NCBI GenBank assembly: GCA_030265395.1
Contig: JARFYF010000036.1
Location: 29,136,858-29,200,857 of the forward strand
DNA length: 64,000 nt
Reading direction: 5' to 3'
Source of the DNA: Rhina ancylostomus
Lineage: Eukaryota
Position numbers and translations under genes: made by a program. How positions within the stretch are numbered: the stretch's first letter is position 1; the number at the start of each line of letters is the position of its first letter. The notes under the pieces are model-generated. The model saw nothing but the letters and a program-made list of their open reading frames with translations. It did not search any database and was not told the origin of the DNA. This document shows positions 26,548 through 38,102 of this stretch, piece by piece.

Positions 26548-26740
26548 TGGATTGGTATTGTTACTGGTTTATTTGTCACTTGTACTGAGGTACAGTGAAA
26601 AACTTGTCTTGCATACCAATCATACAGGTCAATTCATTACACAGTACAATTACATTGAGTTAGTAGAGTGCATTGATGTAGTACAGGTAAAAGCAATAAC
26701 AGTACAGAGTAAAGTGTCACAGCTACAGAGAAAGTGCAGT
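26548..26740 (-). mobile_element. Rex1/Babar-type LINE 3' UTR, relatively young, truncated by 493-N gap
   Basis: attggtattg...tgtcacttgtactgaggtacagtgaaaaacttgtcttgcatacc...agagaaagtgcag is the reverse complement of the copies at 41050, 31415 and 60620. Confidence 0.8.
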
Positions 26741-27233
26741 NNNNNNNNNNNNNNNNNNNNNNNNNNNNNNNNNNNNNNNNNNNNNNNNNNNNNNNNNNNN
26801 NNNNNNNNNNNNNNNNNNNNNNNNNNNNNNNNNNNNNNNNNNNNNNNNNNNNNNNNNNNNNNNNNNNNNNNNNNNNNNNNNNNNNNNNNNNNNNNNNNNN
26901 NNNNNNNNNNNNNNNNNNNNNNNNNNNNNNNNNNNNNNNNNNNNNNNNNNNNNNNNNNNNNNNNNNNNNNNNNNNNNNNNNNNNNNNNNNNNNNNNNNNN
27001 NNNNNNNNNNNNNNNNNNNNNNNNNNNNNNNNNNNNNNNNNNNNNNNNNNNNNNNNNNNNNNNNNNNNNNNNNNNNNNNNNNNNNNNNNNNNNNNNNNNN
27101 NNNNNNNNNNNNNNNNNNNNNNNNNNNNNNNNNNNNNNNNNNNNNNNNNNNNNNNNNNNNNNNNNNNNNNNNNNNNNNNNNNNNNNNNNNNNNNNNNNNN
27201 NNNNNNNNNNNNNNNNNNNNNNNNNNNNNNNNN

Positions 27234-27950
27234 TCTCAGTCCGAACTGACCTACCCTTTATTCTCAGTCTGTCCCCCTGGTCCTAGACTCCTGAATCAGG
27301 AGAAGCCTATCAAGCCCTTTAGTAATTTTCTAAGTTTTGATGAGACCTCCTCTGATTCCTCTAAACTTTGGAGAATACTCAATCTACTCAATCTCCCCTC
27401 GTACGGCAGTATTGCCTTTCCTGCAACCAGTTTGGTGAATCTTTGCTGTGCTCCCACAATGACATGTACTTTGTGTTTCGATAAGAAGCCAAAAACTATA
27501 TGCAGTACGCCAGGTGCAGTCCTACCAAGATCCTGTACAAATGCAATGAGACTATCTTATCCCTTTAATCAATCCCCCTCATTACAAAGCTAACATACCA
27601 TTTGCTCTCCTAATTGTCTGTTACACCTGCATGTTGGCCTTCGGAAACTTGTGTGCCAGCACACCTATGTTCCATTACACAACACTACTCAATCTATCAT
27701 TGCTTAACAAATACTTGCTCTTCTGTTACGTTCACCAATGTGGAGGGCTTTGCATTTCTCCATATTATATTTCGACTGCTCCATTCTTGCATCTCACTCA
27801 GCTTTTCCATATCCCTCTGAAACCTCTTTGTTATCCTCCTGTGTACTCACAATCCAGCCTAGTTCAGTATCATCATCAGCACACTTGGAAATACGATAGT
27901 TGGTTCCCTTAGCCAAATTGTTGATATTGATTGTGAATAACTGGGGCCAC
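27234..27950 (-). mobile_element. CR1 LINE RT/3' fragment
   Basis: Reverse complement gives RIRGGLIKT-like (gagacctcctctgattc), VGLHLAYCIxFWLL (aagccaaaaactatatgcagtacgccaggtgcagtcctacc) and ANGML (ctaacataccatttgct) segments. Confidence 0.8.
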
Positions 27951-30900
27951 TTGTCATCTGCCAGTCTGAGAAGGTATATTCATGGGCTTCCTCCCAGACT
28001 GCCAATATGGAACGTTCTAGAAACTTTATGACAACCCAAAGAGCCGAAAGAAATGACATCACCCTTTAATAAATAAAGGTTTTATAGAAGCAATTATTGT
28101 TCTCAGCCAATATTATATCTTTAAAAGGGCAACATTCATATTTATANNNNNNNNNNTATAAATTTTACACATTTATTGGTGTAACTAAGTCAGCATTTGC
28201 ACACTCAAACAATGCTGGTGCCACATGCTTTGATTCTTCAGATGTTGCTGGAATCTTGTCCGACTCTAGACAAAACTGACATTGTCTCATTTTATCTCTC
28301 CTTAACAGTATCATGGGTTGATTTCCCTTGACCACTCTGACCAGAAACATCCCACAGTCATAACTATTCTTCTGGGTATTGCATGCTGGGAGAAAATGGC
28401 TGGTGTGGAATTTATGGAATCCATTCCCAGTTCACTGAAGACTCTGGCAACAGAGATGAGGGAAGATGACAAATTCTGAGGAATTAGGCAAGGTAACACT
28501 ATCCATTAGTACAGTTGTTGGACTAGGTTTCTTTGACAAAATATTTTGTCTTTCAGTCTGTTCTACTTATTCTGCTTGTTCATATTACACATTGTTGGAA
28601 CTCTTTAACTAGGTTACCTTATTTTAGTAGGGCACACAGCCTAGATGCAACTTAGAACGAAGAGCCTTGAATTCTCCAGAGGTTTCTCCATTGAATACAA
28701 ATGTGGCCATTTGTTGGGCCAGTAATCTGGCCCCATTGAAGGCATATGTGATTTCCTGCACTTGGAGACATCTAACGTTGTGAGGACCATCAGCTAATGC
28801 TATTTGTAGTGGGTGTGGTGGATGGAAGGGCTGACCATATTAATAAATACATGAGTTATTTAAGGCCTATGTTACTGGTATGTTTACCAATTACATAGTA
28901 CTGTGTGGGAAAAGGTCTGGAAGCATAATTTTTGGCTAAAAAATCCCTTGCCACAAACTGGAGGTTTTCTAAATCAGGTGAACCAGTTAATCATGAAATA
29001 GGCTAATGCAGTTAATTGTGTTTTGTTATTGGCCAAATTAACTTAAGAATCATTGATTGGGTAAGTTGTGCAAGCATGTTCTATGCCTATCTCCCTCTTG
29101 TGACATATCTACCAGGACCATTTGAGGCACTTCTAAAATCCTGCATATTTCTGCTTTCATATTTGGAAAGTGCAGAGCATCACAAGGTTACCTCCTCCTT
29201 TGCAATGAACTCGAGGCTGACGTTTCTTGTGACAACAGCAAAAACTCATGTATGTGCTGTTAAGTCCCAAGGGCTTCATGGGAGTGTTATCAAACAAGAA
29301 TTAATGCCTATCCACAGAAGGGACTATGAGTACAAACAAAACAGAGAGACGGTTCTGGTATTCCCCTTGTTCATACTGCTTCTACTCTCCTGATAGTTAT
29401 TACTATGTTAGTTAATACATTTAATATAAATGTGGTTTATATTTCATTTTAATTAAAAGTTGCTGAACCACAGAAATGCATTAAAATTATACCCTGGATG
29501 TACTGCAGTGGCTCATTTATTGCCAATATAAATAGGCTTGTTGAATTCATTTGGAGATTTCTCGTTCCTCCACCATATTCTGTAGGTTGAAGATCTTGGC
29601 ATCAGTCACCACCATTGCACGGCTCTGGTCCCTTTCTAGTTGTTCCAAAGCTTCTCTCTCTCCATTTTCAATCTGCTTCCTGAGAGCATTGCATTGCTCA
29701 AATGTTTATTTCCTTCTCCTTCATCACCCTGAAAGTAATTTGCTACTTTAATTACCTGAATGTCAGCCACAGCGTTCACTCTCTGAGGCTACTTTCAGAG
29801 TCTCCCTGTGCTAATTTATGTCCATAAATTTTCTACTGATGCCAAAAGTTAGAGTTGCCCATTGTCCACTACTTCGACTGTCTTAAGTTTTGTTTGCTAT
29901 CTGTCCTCTCATTTTCTATTCTATCATTCTCAGGATTTTAATATATATCATTTATTTATAGCTATAGCTCTTACATATATTGGAGAGGGATTAGTTGTGT
30001 TTAGGATAATGTGTTTCTTGCAACAAATCAAGGAAGCACTTTGTGAACAGTGGATTGGTCCGATACGTGGAAGATAAATTGAACAGATTACAGAGTAAAC
30101 CCAGTTTCTCATCAGAGTGATTGTGCATTTTTTTAAAAATATAATTACAAGCAAAATGCTAAGTAGTAGTCTAGACCTCCACCAGGTAATACCACGGTCA
30201 GGCGGATAGCCCTCTGGAAGGAAGCCGATTTCATCGAGTTATTCAGGAGGCAGGTTACTATTTTTGTCAGAGCAGAGGCTTCATAATGGATATCAGTTGG
30301 CAGTAGATGAACCGCAAATCTCATTTCAAGGTTGAGAGAGTGGAGCTCCAACTTCTAATCAATGATTTATGGGAGAAATGTATTTACATTATCACTTTCA
30401 GTGAAACTGCTCATTGCCAAATATGTGAGTATTTATCTTTTCACCTATTATACAGTAAGAGATCAATATACATCTTTAAATCCAAATGAATTTATAAAGT
30501 CTACAATGATTTTGCTCCCACTGCAATATTTATATTCCATTTGCATCCAATCATAGGTTTACTGGAATGCTAGTGTTGTTTTGATAGCTCATTAATCAAT
30601 CAATCAGTGGTGGGAAGAGTTCTTTTTTTTATATAGTTTGTTATAATCAAGGGACTTGTTGTCTTAAAACCACAGCTGTCTAAGTGGATTTTGCTCTAAT
30701 GAGTTTCCCATTGGATGCCTTCATAACTGTCTCTCCCTGTCATATTCCCTCTGTAATCAGTCAAGAGGAGATTCATTTCTGAAGGGGAGAACTGATCTGG
30801 CTGGCTTCAGTTTTCCGCTGTGCTTCAGTAACACCTTGCATGTATCAATTAAACTTGTCTGAAAAGGCTAGTTCAAGTTCGAAGGTTAGAAGTTAAGTTC

Positions 30901-31414
30901 AAAGTTGGAAGTGGGGTCAGTGGCAATAGGAAAGTGGGAAACACTGTGCACATCCCAGATTTTCCTGTGGGTGGCTCAGCCAGTAATACTGACTGGACCT
31001 CACTGGAATTTCACCTTACAGCTACTTAACTGAAACAGATATGCAGAGATAGCAGATTTGATGTCAGCAGGTGAAAATAGATGGAACAAAGTCTACAGTT
31101 GGGGAAATTCAACAGGAGTTGGGACAATGGGTGGGCTGGCTAAAGCCGAGCTTTGTAGATGAGTAGGGGAAACACTGGGTTGCGGATCCTCATACATTTA
31201 GGAACAGGCCCAGAAAAGCATAAGGTAAACTTTAGGCAAGCACAAGCAGTATTTGAATGCATAATTAGCATTACTAGCTTCCCCTTTTACACTGCGCTCC
31301 ATTAATAAAGCTAAGATAATATTGACTATTTACACTTACTTGCATGCCTACTTTCAGAATTTTGTGCTGAATCCATCAGTCTCTTTGTTGCCTTTTATTA
31401 TCCTGGCTACCTCA

Positions 31415-31773
31415 GGAAAGCAGCAAACGTAATCCAAGACCCCTCCCACCCCAGTCATTCCATCAGGCAGATGATACAAAAGCTTGAAAACATGTACCAT
31501 CAGCCTCAAGGACAGCTTAATCTGGCTGTTATGAGACTCTTGAACAGACCTCTTGAATGATAAAGATGAACTCTTGATCTCTCAGTGTATTTCATCATGG
31601 CCCTTGCATCTTATTGGTCTACCTGCACTGCACTTTCTTTGTAACTGTAACATTATATTCTGAACTCTGTTACTGTTTTCCTTTTGTATTGCCTTAATTG
31701 ATCTGTTGGGATGGCATACAAGCAAAAGCTTTTCATTGTATGTTGATACATGTGACAATAATAACCTAATTAC
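31415..31773 (+). mobile_element. Rex1/Babar-type LINE 3' end (ORF C-terminus and UTR)
   Basis: Encodes KAANVIQDPSHPSH..SGRxYKSLKTCTISLKDS..AVMRLLN, the characteristic Rex1 C-terminus. The UTR ends catgtgacaataataacctaattacc. Confidence 0.85.
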
Positions 31774-32231
31774 CCTTCAAGTCACATTTCCTAATTTCGA
31801 CATCTGCAATGTTGCTAAGTCACAATCCCGGAACTTCCGACTGAACAGCACTTGGAAGCGCTATCATCCCATGAACTTCAATCATTTCAGAAGGCTTCAG
31901 CACCATGTATACATGACCCAGGGTAGCAGTCTTGGCAGCAGCCATGTTGAGAACAGAAAGAAATTACCCACACTCTTCACTCTCTTACATCTGAATGTAT
32001 TGGACCATGTCTTGCTTCTCCCGCTTGGTCTAATACTTCAATTTTTATCACATTAAACCTTATCTGTCACTTGCTTGCCTGCTCTGCAAATTTGGCTGAA
32101 AGTGTATGGCAGTCTCCATTATTTTAAAAGGTATATTTTCACTATACCCAGCACCAAAAATAAGAGTAGGACGAGTGTTAACTGCTGGGCTGTATTACCT
32201 CCAGCTCTTCTGTCAGCAAAATTCATTTACT

Positions 32232-32720
32232 CTAAAGTAAGTCAGGAGTGTGATGGGAATACTTTCCACTTGCCTGGATAAGTGCAGCTTCAACACCATA
32301 AAGGATGTAGCAGCCAGCTTGATAGGCACCCTGTCCACAACCATTCACTCCACCATACAGTAGCAGTGGTTTATGCTATATGTAGGATGCACTGCAATAA
32401 CTCACCAAGACTCCTTAGCAACTTCCAAACCCACTCCCTCTCCCAGCTTGAAGGACAAAGGCGGCAAAAGCACGGGGAACACCACCTCCTGGAAGTTGCC
32501 CTCTGAGCTGCACACCATCCTTGGAGATATATCACCTTCCTTCTCTGTCACCAGGTCAGAATTGTGGAACTCCCTCTCTCACAGCTTTAGGGTATAACCA
32601 CACTTCAAGAATCGCAGTGATTCAAGAAGGCAGCTCACCACCACCTTTTTGAGGGTAACTAGGGACGGGCAGTTAAATGCTGGCTCAGCCTGTGAAGCCC
32701 ACATGAATGAATTTTTAAAA
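32232..32720 (+). mobile_element. CR1/L2-group LINE 3' end, distinct from the HER1-type CR1
   Basis: Encodes VRSVM(E)YFPLAWISAAST, HSLHHTVAVVYAICRMHCNNSPRLL and FSVTRSELWNSL. Tail is aagaaggcagctcaccaccacc...taaatgctggc...gcccacatgaatgaattttt. Confidence 0.8.
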
Positions 32721-32781
32721 AGTACTCTTGACAACTTCCTTTCTATGTAAATGAAAATCAAAAAAAAATTGCTGATGTTAT

Positions 32782-32875
32782 CCAGATGAAGGATCGATGA
32801 CCTGAGCCATCAACTCTTTTTCTCCTTCCATGGATACTGGCTGACCTGCTGAACATTTCCAGCATTTTGAGTGTC
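32782..32875 (+). mobile_element. Penelope-like terminal-repeat fragment with degenerate hammerhead core
   Basis: ccagatgaaggatcgatgacctgagccatcaactct...ctgacctgctgaacatttccagcatttt. Confidence 0.7.
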
Positions 32876-33919
32876 TATTACTTTCTATGTTGCTGCTTTT
32901 TTTGCACGTCACATATGCAAGTCCATATAGATAACCTTCTAAAAATCTATCCAAATCCATATTTTTAATCTACCCAGTTGGTTGCATAAGACTATTTATT
33001 AAATGTATCAAATATAGCCTGCCTTTAATAAATCCATCCTGGTTTGATTTGATTACTTCTTACTCAAGTTTTCTCTTCCATGAGTTTTCTTTGTTAACTT
33101 GTGTTTGAGAGGATTAGGTGATCTCAATATCTCTCACAGATTGATATTACATAAGGCACACATGTTGATGTCTGTTTTTCATGATGGCATTTTCATAAAC
33201 AAACCATGTTTAAGTGCATATTTTGAAACAATTTGTATGAAGACTGGAATGTCCCCAAACCTGTCATAAATTTCTGCTCCCAGTTTGCTTTGGAGATACT
33301 GCAATCAGAATGTTGCGTCTATGTACAATTGTTAGCCTTCCTATGAGTGAACCACATGTATTCCTTACAACAGTGAAGCTGGATTTTTAGTCCAGCTGAG
33401 ACCACAGGTCCTTCAGGATATAAACTATCCACAATCACCACTGCACACTGCACTTTATTTCCCCACGAGCTGCTCCGGAAGATACAATATTAGCACACCC
33501 ACTCGAGCTGCTTTCTGCCTCTGAATTAATCTACAAGAGGAAAGAATACAGGACAGCTCAAAGATTGCATGATGATAGTAGCAAAAGGCCTGCTCTTTTT
33601 TATATCAGAAGAAATCCACACCAAACAGCAGTGAATGTAATGAGAGTCTGTTTACCCACAGTGCGTAAAGTGAGTTGCTTTCAGTTCCATTTCACTGTCG
33701 ACCATCCTGCACTTTTGTCCTTGAATCTTTTTGCTTGACTCTTCGTTAGCCTTGTTTGAAATGAATGACATTTTCCCCCCAAAAATTAGAAGACCGCCTC
33801 TTAGTACTTTGTTTGCTAGTACCATCTTCAGGCGTCGCAGTGAATTCTTCACAGATTCCAAACATGCCTTGCATAGTTGATAGGTATTCTGCAGATGTTG
33901 AAGACAAATGCCTAGGGAA

Positions 33920-34035
33920 ACAAAGGACTGCAGATGTTGGAATCTAGATGAAAAGTATGATGATGCTGGAGGAACTCAGCAGGTCAGGCAGCATCCATGG
34001 AGAAAAGCAGACAGTCAACGTTTTGGGTCAGGACA
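33920..34035 (-). mobile_element. Penelope-like terminal-repeat fragment
   Basis: gactgcagatgttggaatctagatg...gatgctggaggaactcagcaggtcaggcagcatccatggagaaaagcagacagtcaacgttttgggtcaggac. Confidence 0.75.
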
Positions 34036-34367
34036 AATGATTAGACCTGAAAATCAGAAGCATGCTTTACTCAGGATGCCACACATTTATGTGGACAGTT
34101 GAAATGTACCAGTATTCAGGCCCCTGGAAACTTAACTATTAAACACATGACTATGATACATACTTCTTGTGGCTGAACCACATCTGTTAGCTAGTACCTT
34201 TTGGGTGTAAGGTTTGAGCCTTTTCCAAATCCAGCTTTTCAAATTCCCATTGATACCATAAACCAATTTCCTGAAGTAAGCTAGGGTGAAGTACTTTGAT
34301 CAGAAAGTCTCAGCAAACAAGAGCTGCTAGCTTCCATAACTTTGAATAGCTTATAGATATGAAGCTT

Positions 34368-34758
34368 ATATTAATGATCCAGAGACAGGCATTCAAATCC
34401 CACCATTGGCAAACTCAAGTAATTAAATACATCTGTAATAAAAAGCAAATATCAGTAAATGATGATTGTAAAATTAATGGATTGTCATAAAAATTCATCT
34501 GGTTCATTCATGTCTTCGAGTACCATGTCTGGCTTGTATTTGACTCCAGAAGTACCAATAAGTGTTATTCTTAACTGGCCTTTGAAATGCACCAGTAAGC
34601 TACTCCTGTCAGGGGGCAATCAAAGATACACTTGGAGTTGCACCATTCCTCAATTAGAGATGGGTACAAATTGGTGGAAAGGGCTCGAGAAGCTAAGTGG
34701 CCTACTTCCTTGATTCCTTTGCCAGTAAAATCCACATCTCATGGATGAATAACAAAGA
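34368..34758 (+). mobile_element. MetaSINE-like SINE with a nested CR1 tail fragment
   Basis: Has a B-box-like head (ttcaaatccc), catctggttcattcatgtc, a Meta-like core (gtctggcttgtatttgactccaga...ttcttaactggcctttgaaatg) and a LINE-shared tail (tttgccagtaaaatccacatctcatggatgaataa). Confidence 0.6.
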
Positions 34759-35099
34759 ATTATCTGAATTACACTGTTGGGAGTTCAGTAAGGAAGTTTA
34801 CAGATGTCACCAAATGTTATGTAACAAAAAAATTAAGATAGTGGAGGAATGCAATCAACAAAAAAGCCATCTATGTTCTCAGGACAAGGCCACACTTTAG
34901 CAAATAGTATTAATATGGATGAACATATTGAAGAGCATCTTGATGCCATGGTGTCTTACTTTGGGCCAACAGGGAATAAACATAACATGTAGGGTACCAT
35001 AAGGGACCAGGTTGAGAGAGGAAAACTGAGGCAAAAGGTGATATGGTTGCAAAGAGGAAGAACTTCAGCCTAAACCAACCATTTATTTAGCACCTGGAA

Positions 35100-35165
35100 A
35101 GGGAGTACATATCAGCCCTTGGTCCCTTGAGCTTTTTCTGCCATTCAGGGAAATCGTGGGCTCGC
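35100..35165 (-). mobile_element. Short CR1 3' tail fragment
   Basis: ggtcccttgagctttttctgccattcagggaaatcgtgggct resembles 9545-9600. Confidence 0.4.
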
Positions 35166-36794
35166 TTCATATGAGGGATGATACCTTACCATGTGAATTA
35201 AGCATTTGGTAATGAGTAATCTGGTTTGTGACATATGACTTGGTTGTCTTAAAACATCAAGATAGTTGACTTTTCTGTCATTTATTTTGATTTTAGTTGG
35301 GATATAACAGTCACACACTCCTTATAATGACTCATCAGCAGATATGCCATCTGTTTTTTTAATATATTATCCATTGAAGAGTTTCCAGTACAAGTACAAA
35401 GCAATTCTGCTGATGTGAATGGCTCCACTGTGAAATGTAATCTGCACTGGGTTTCAAAAAAACAATGCGCAAAGCGGAAGTGACAGAGAACGTGAGCACA
35501 TATGACTAATGTAAATTGCCCAGTAGAAAACATGATTACTCAGTGAATTACTTTCTCATTATTGCAAGACTTGAGGGGGGACATGATCAGCAGCACCTTG
35601 GGTTGATTTTATTCTAAAGCTTGAAGAAATTCTCTACTTGTTTTTCTGTCTCATAGGAAAATTGAGGTTTAGCAGAAATCTGTTCATCGACAGTTTTTTT
35701 TGCAGTCCTGCTTCTGTTTATGTGGATGAGAAATATAATTAGTGCATTGTGTAAAACTACTAATTCATCCAGTTACAGTGGTGTGTCCAATTAAATGCAA
35801 TGAATTATGATTTTCTGAAGTGGCACCTGCCAAACTATGTCAAGATCAGATGAGGTTCAAATGCATGTTTTTCCTCTTGGTGGTACTATTTGAACAGACT
35901 GTAAAAGGGAGATACTCAGTCGTAGTTAACTGGATAAGAATTTCAGGATTGAAGATAAATGATCTGAATCATATGAAGAATAGTTGCTTATGCCCTGGTA
36001 AGAATGGAAATATCACAATGTGTAATAATTCTGCACAAGATTTGGGGAACATTGCTGTAAATTCCAACACTATTCCTGTGTCAATGAAAATTTCGGCAAC
36101 CTTTTTTGTTGACGTTGGGCCTTTCAATACGTTTTAGAAAATTGCAGTGCAAAAAATAAAATTTCTCATTGTTAAGGTGTGTGCGGCAATAATTCTTAAT
36201 GATCCAAACACTTTTCCAAAAGGAAATAAAAATTAAGTATAATTCTCAAGTGTAGCCAAATATTTTATGTTAGATGAGTTCCATATTGAGATGTGTCACT
36301 TTCTGCAAGAATACTTGATCACATGGGTCACTACTTCCTTAANNNNNNNNNNCTTGTGACTCAGTATTACTTCAACATTATTGTTGACTTTGATGAAGGT
36401 TGGTAGATTGGCTCTGTTAAAGCTGTCACAATATAATTGCAAACCCATGAGGTGAAGTTAGGCATAATGGCCCTGAATGTAACATAAGTTGCTCAGTGAC
36501 TGATCATACGTTAAATTGTTTAACCAAAATGGGAATGTCTGAATACTTGGTGTTTGCTGATGCAAATGGCTCCACTGTGTATGCATAAAAATAGTTTTAA
36601 CTGGCTATATACTAAATTGATGAACAACATATGTGTACCATGGAAATTCTCACAAAGAGTTTCTGTAGTCTGGAAACACAGTATTGCCTAAAGACATTTA
36701 AAAAGAACTTGTAGTAAATCAAGCTTGAATTTATTTAAACCAAGTAAACATATTAATCTCGTAGAAGTCTTCTGTACATGATAAATCTGGTTGA

Positions 36795-36915
36795 AAGTAC
36801 TGCAGATGCTGGAAATCTGAAATATAATCAGAAAATGCTGAAAAAACTCAGCAGGACATGTAGCATCTGTGGATGGAGAAACAGTTATCATTTTAGGTTG
36901 ATGATCCTTCATCAA
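36795..36915 (-). mobile_element. Penelope-like terminal-repeat fragment with degenerate hammerhead core
   Basis: tactgcagatgctggaaatctgaaatataatcagaaaatgctgaaaaaactcagcaggacatgtagcatctgtggatggagaaacagttatcattttaggttgatgatccttcatcaa. Confidence 0.75.
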
Positions 36916-36939
36916 AGTGGTTTACCTGATATCAAAGAA

Positions 36940-37460
36940 TAATAGAAATTTACAGAGTAACAGAAGTGTTTTGGCCCATTTGTGTCCCTGCCAGCCAGAA
37001 ATGCTGCTATTTAGCTTACTACTGCTTCCTGATGCTTATACCTCTTCAAGCATTAAAGCTGGTATCTTTCAAATGTGAGAGGAGTTTTTGCTTTCACCAC
37101 CCTTTCCAGCAGTGAGGTTCAGACCCCACCATTCTTTGGATGTAAAAGTTTTTCTTCGATTTCCCTTTAATCCTTGCTGAGAAACTAAATCCTTGTTCCC
37201 CAGTTACTCACTTCCCTGCCAATAGAAATAAGGCCTTCCTGCACACTCTCCAAAGGCCTCCTATCATTTTGTACACCTCAATTAAATCTGCTCTTAGTGT
37301 TTGAAAAGAATCTTGCCAGTTTTTCCTTTAAAACTACTGCTGGCAACTTGTTCATAAATCTTTGCAATCTTTCTGGTATTGTTGCGTTCTTCCTGTGGTG
37401 TGGTTCCTTAGAATGGTATACAAAACTCCAGCAGTGGTCGAACTGCTGCTTTAGTTGTAA
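36940..37460 (-). mobile_element. CR1 3' fragment
   Basis: Reverse complement gives QRMVGSEPHCWKGW, a frameshifted RVVGxWNxLxE region (ctttcaccaccctttccagcagtgaggttcagaccccacc), and VRPLLEF (aaactccagcagtggtcgaact). Tail is near 36945-36990. Confidence 0.75.
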
Positions 37461-38102
37461 TAAGTAATGCTGAGTTGTATTGAATACCATACAAAGTATC
37501 AACCAAATAAAGGGTCAACATGATCTCCAAATTATCTGTCCACAAATGATCAAAATTTCCTCAGTTTGCAAGCTACAGATATCTCTTGATTTCTCAGAAA
37601 TTGCCCGTTTGAAAATTTATCGGAAACGTGTGCGAGTCGCACAGCAGTCTGCCACTTTGTTAGCTTCAACTTTCATTGAATGAAAGCTGTTAGAGAAAAA
37701 TAACAGCAAAAACCATTGTTCAGCAAAATAAGCTGAACATGAATTATGTTGGTAGATGAATTTGAGGGTGCTGTCCAGAGGCTTTCTGAAGGTTTTTATC
37801 TTTCTGGACAGAGTTCAGCAAATCAGGGTTCCTCATCCCCTGTCATCCTCCAGGAGTGGGTTTTTTCAGAAACGTATCCATTGTTGCTGGTTTCCACACA
37901 CACAAGCCAATTAAAAAGAATTTTTAGACTGACCACAATCAGTCATCCACTAAGACCCCAATTTGACCAAACTCAGACCTCCAGTCTTGAGCTCAACTTC
38001 AANNNNNNNNNNNNNNNNNNNNNNNNNNNNNNNNNNNNNNNNNNNNNNNNNNNNNNNNNNNNNNNNNNNNNNNNNNNNNNNNNNNNNNNNNNNNNNNNNN
38101 NN

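Noticed and set aside
26552-27286. Long ORFs in the track (244 aa and 171 aa; also 2749-3069, 37746-38234, 55302-55484)
   Set aside because: They are open only because they run through N gaps.
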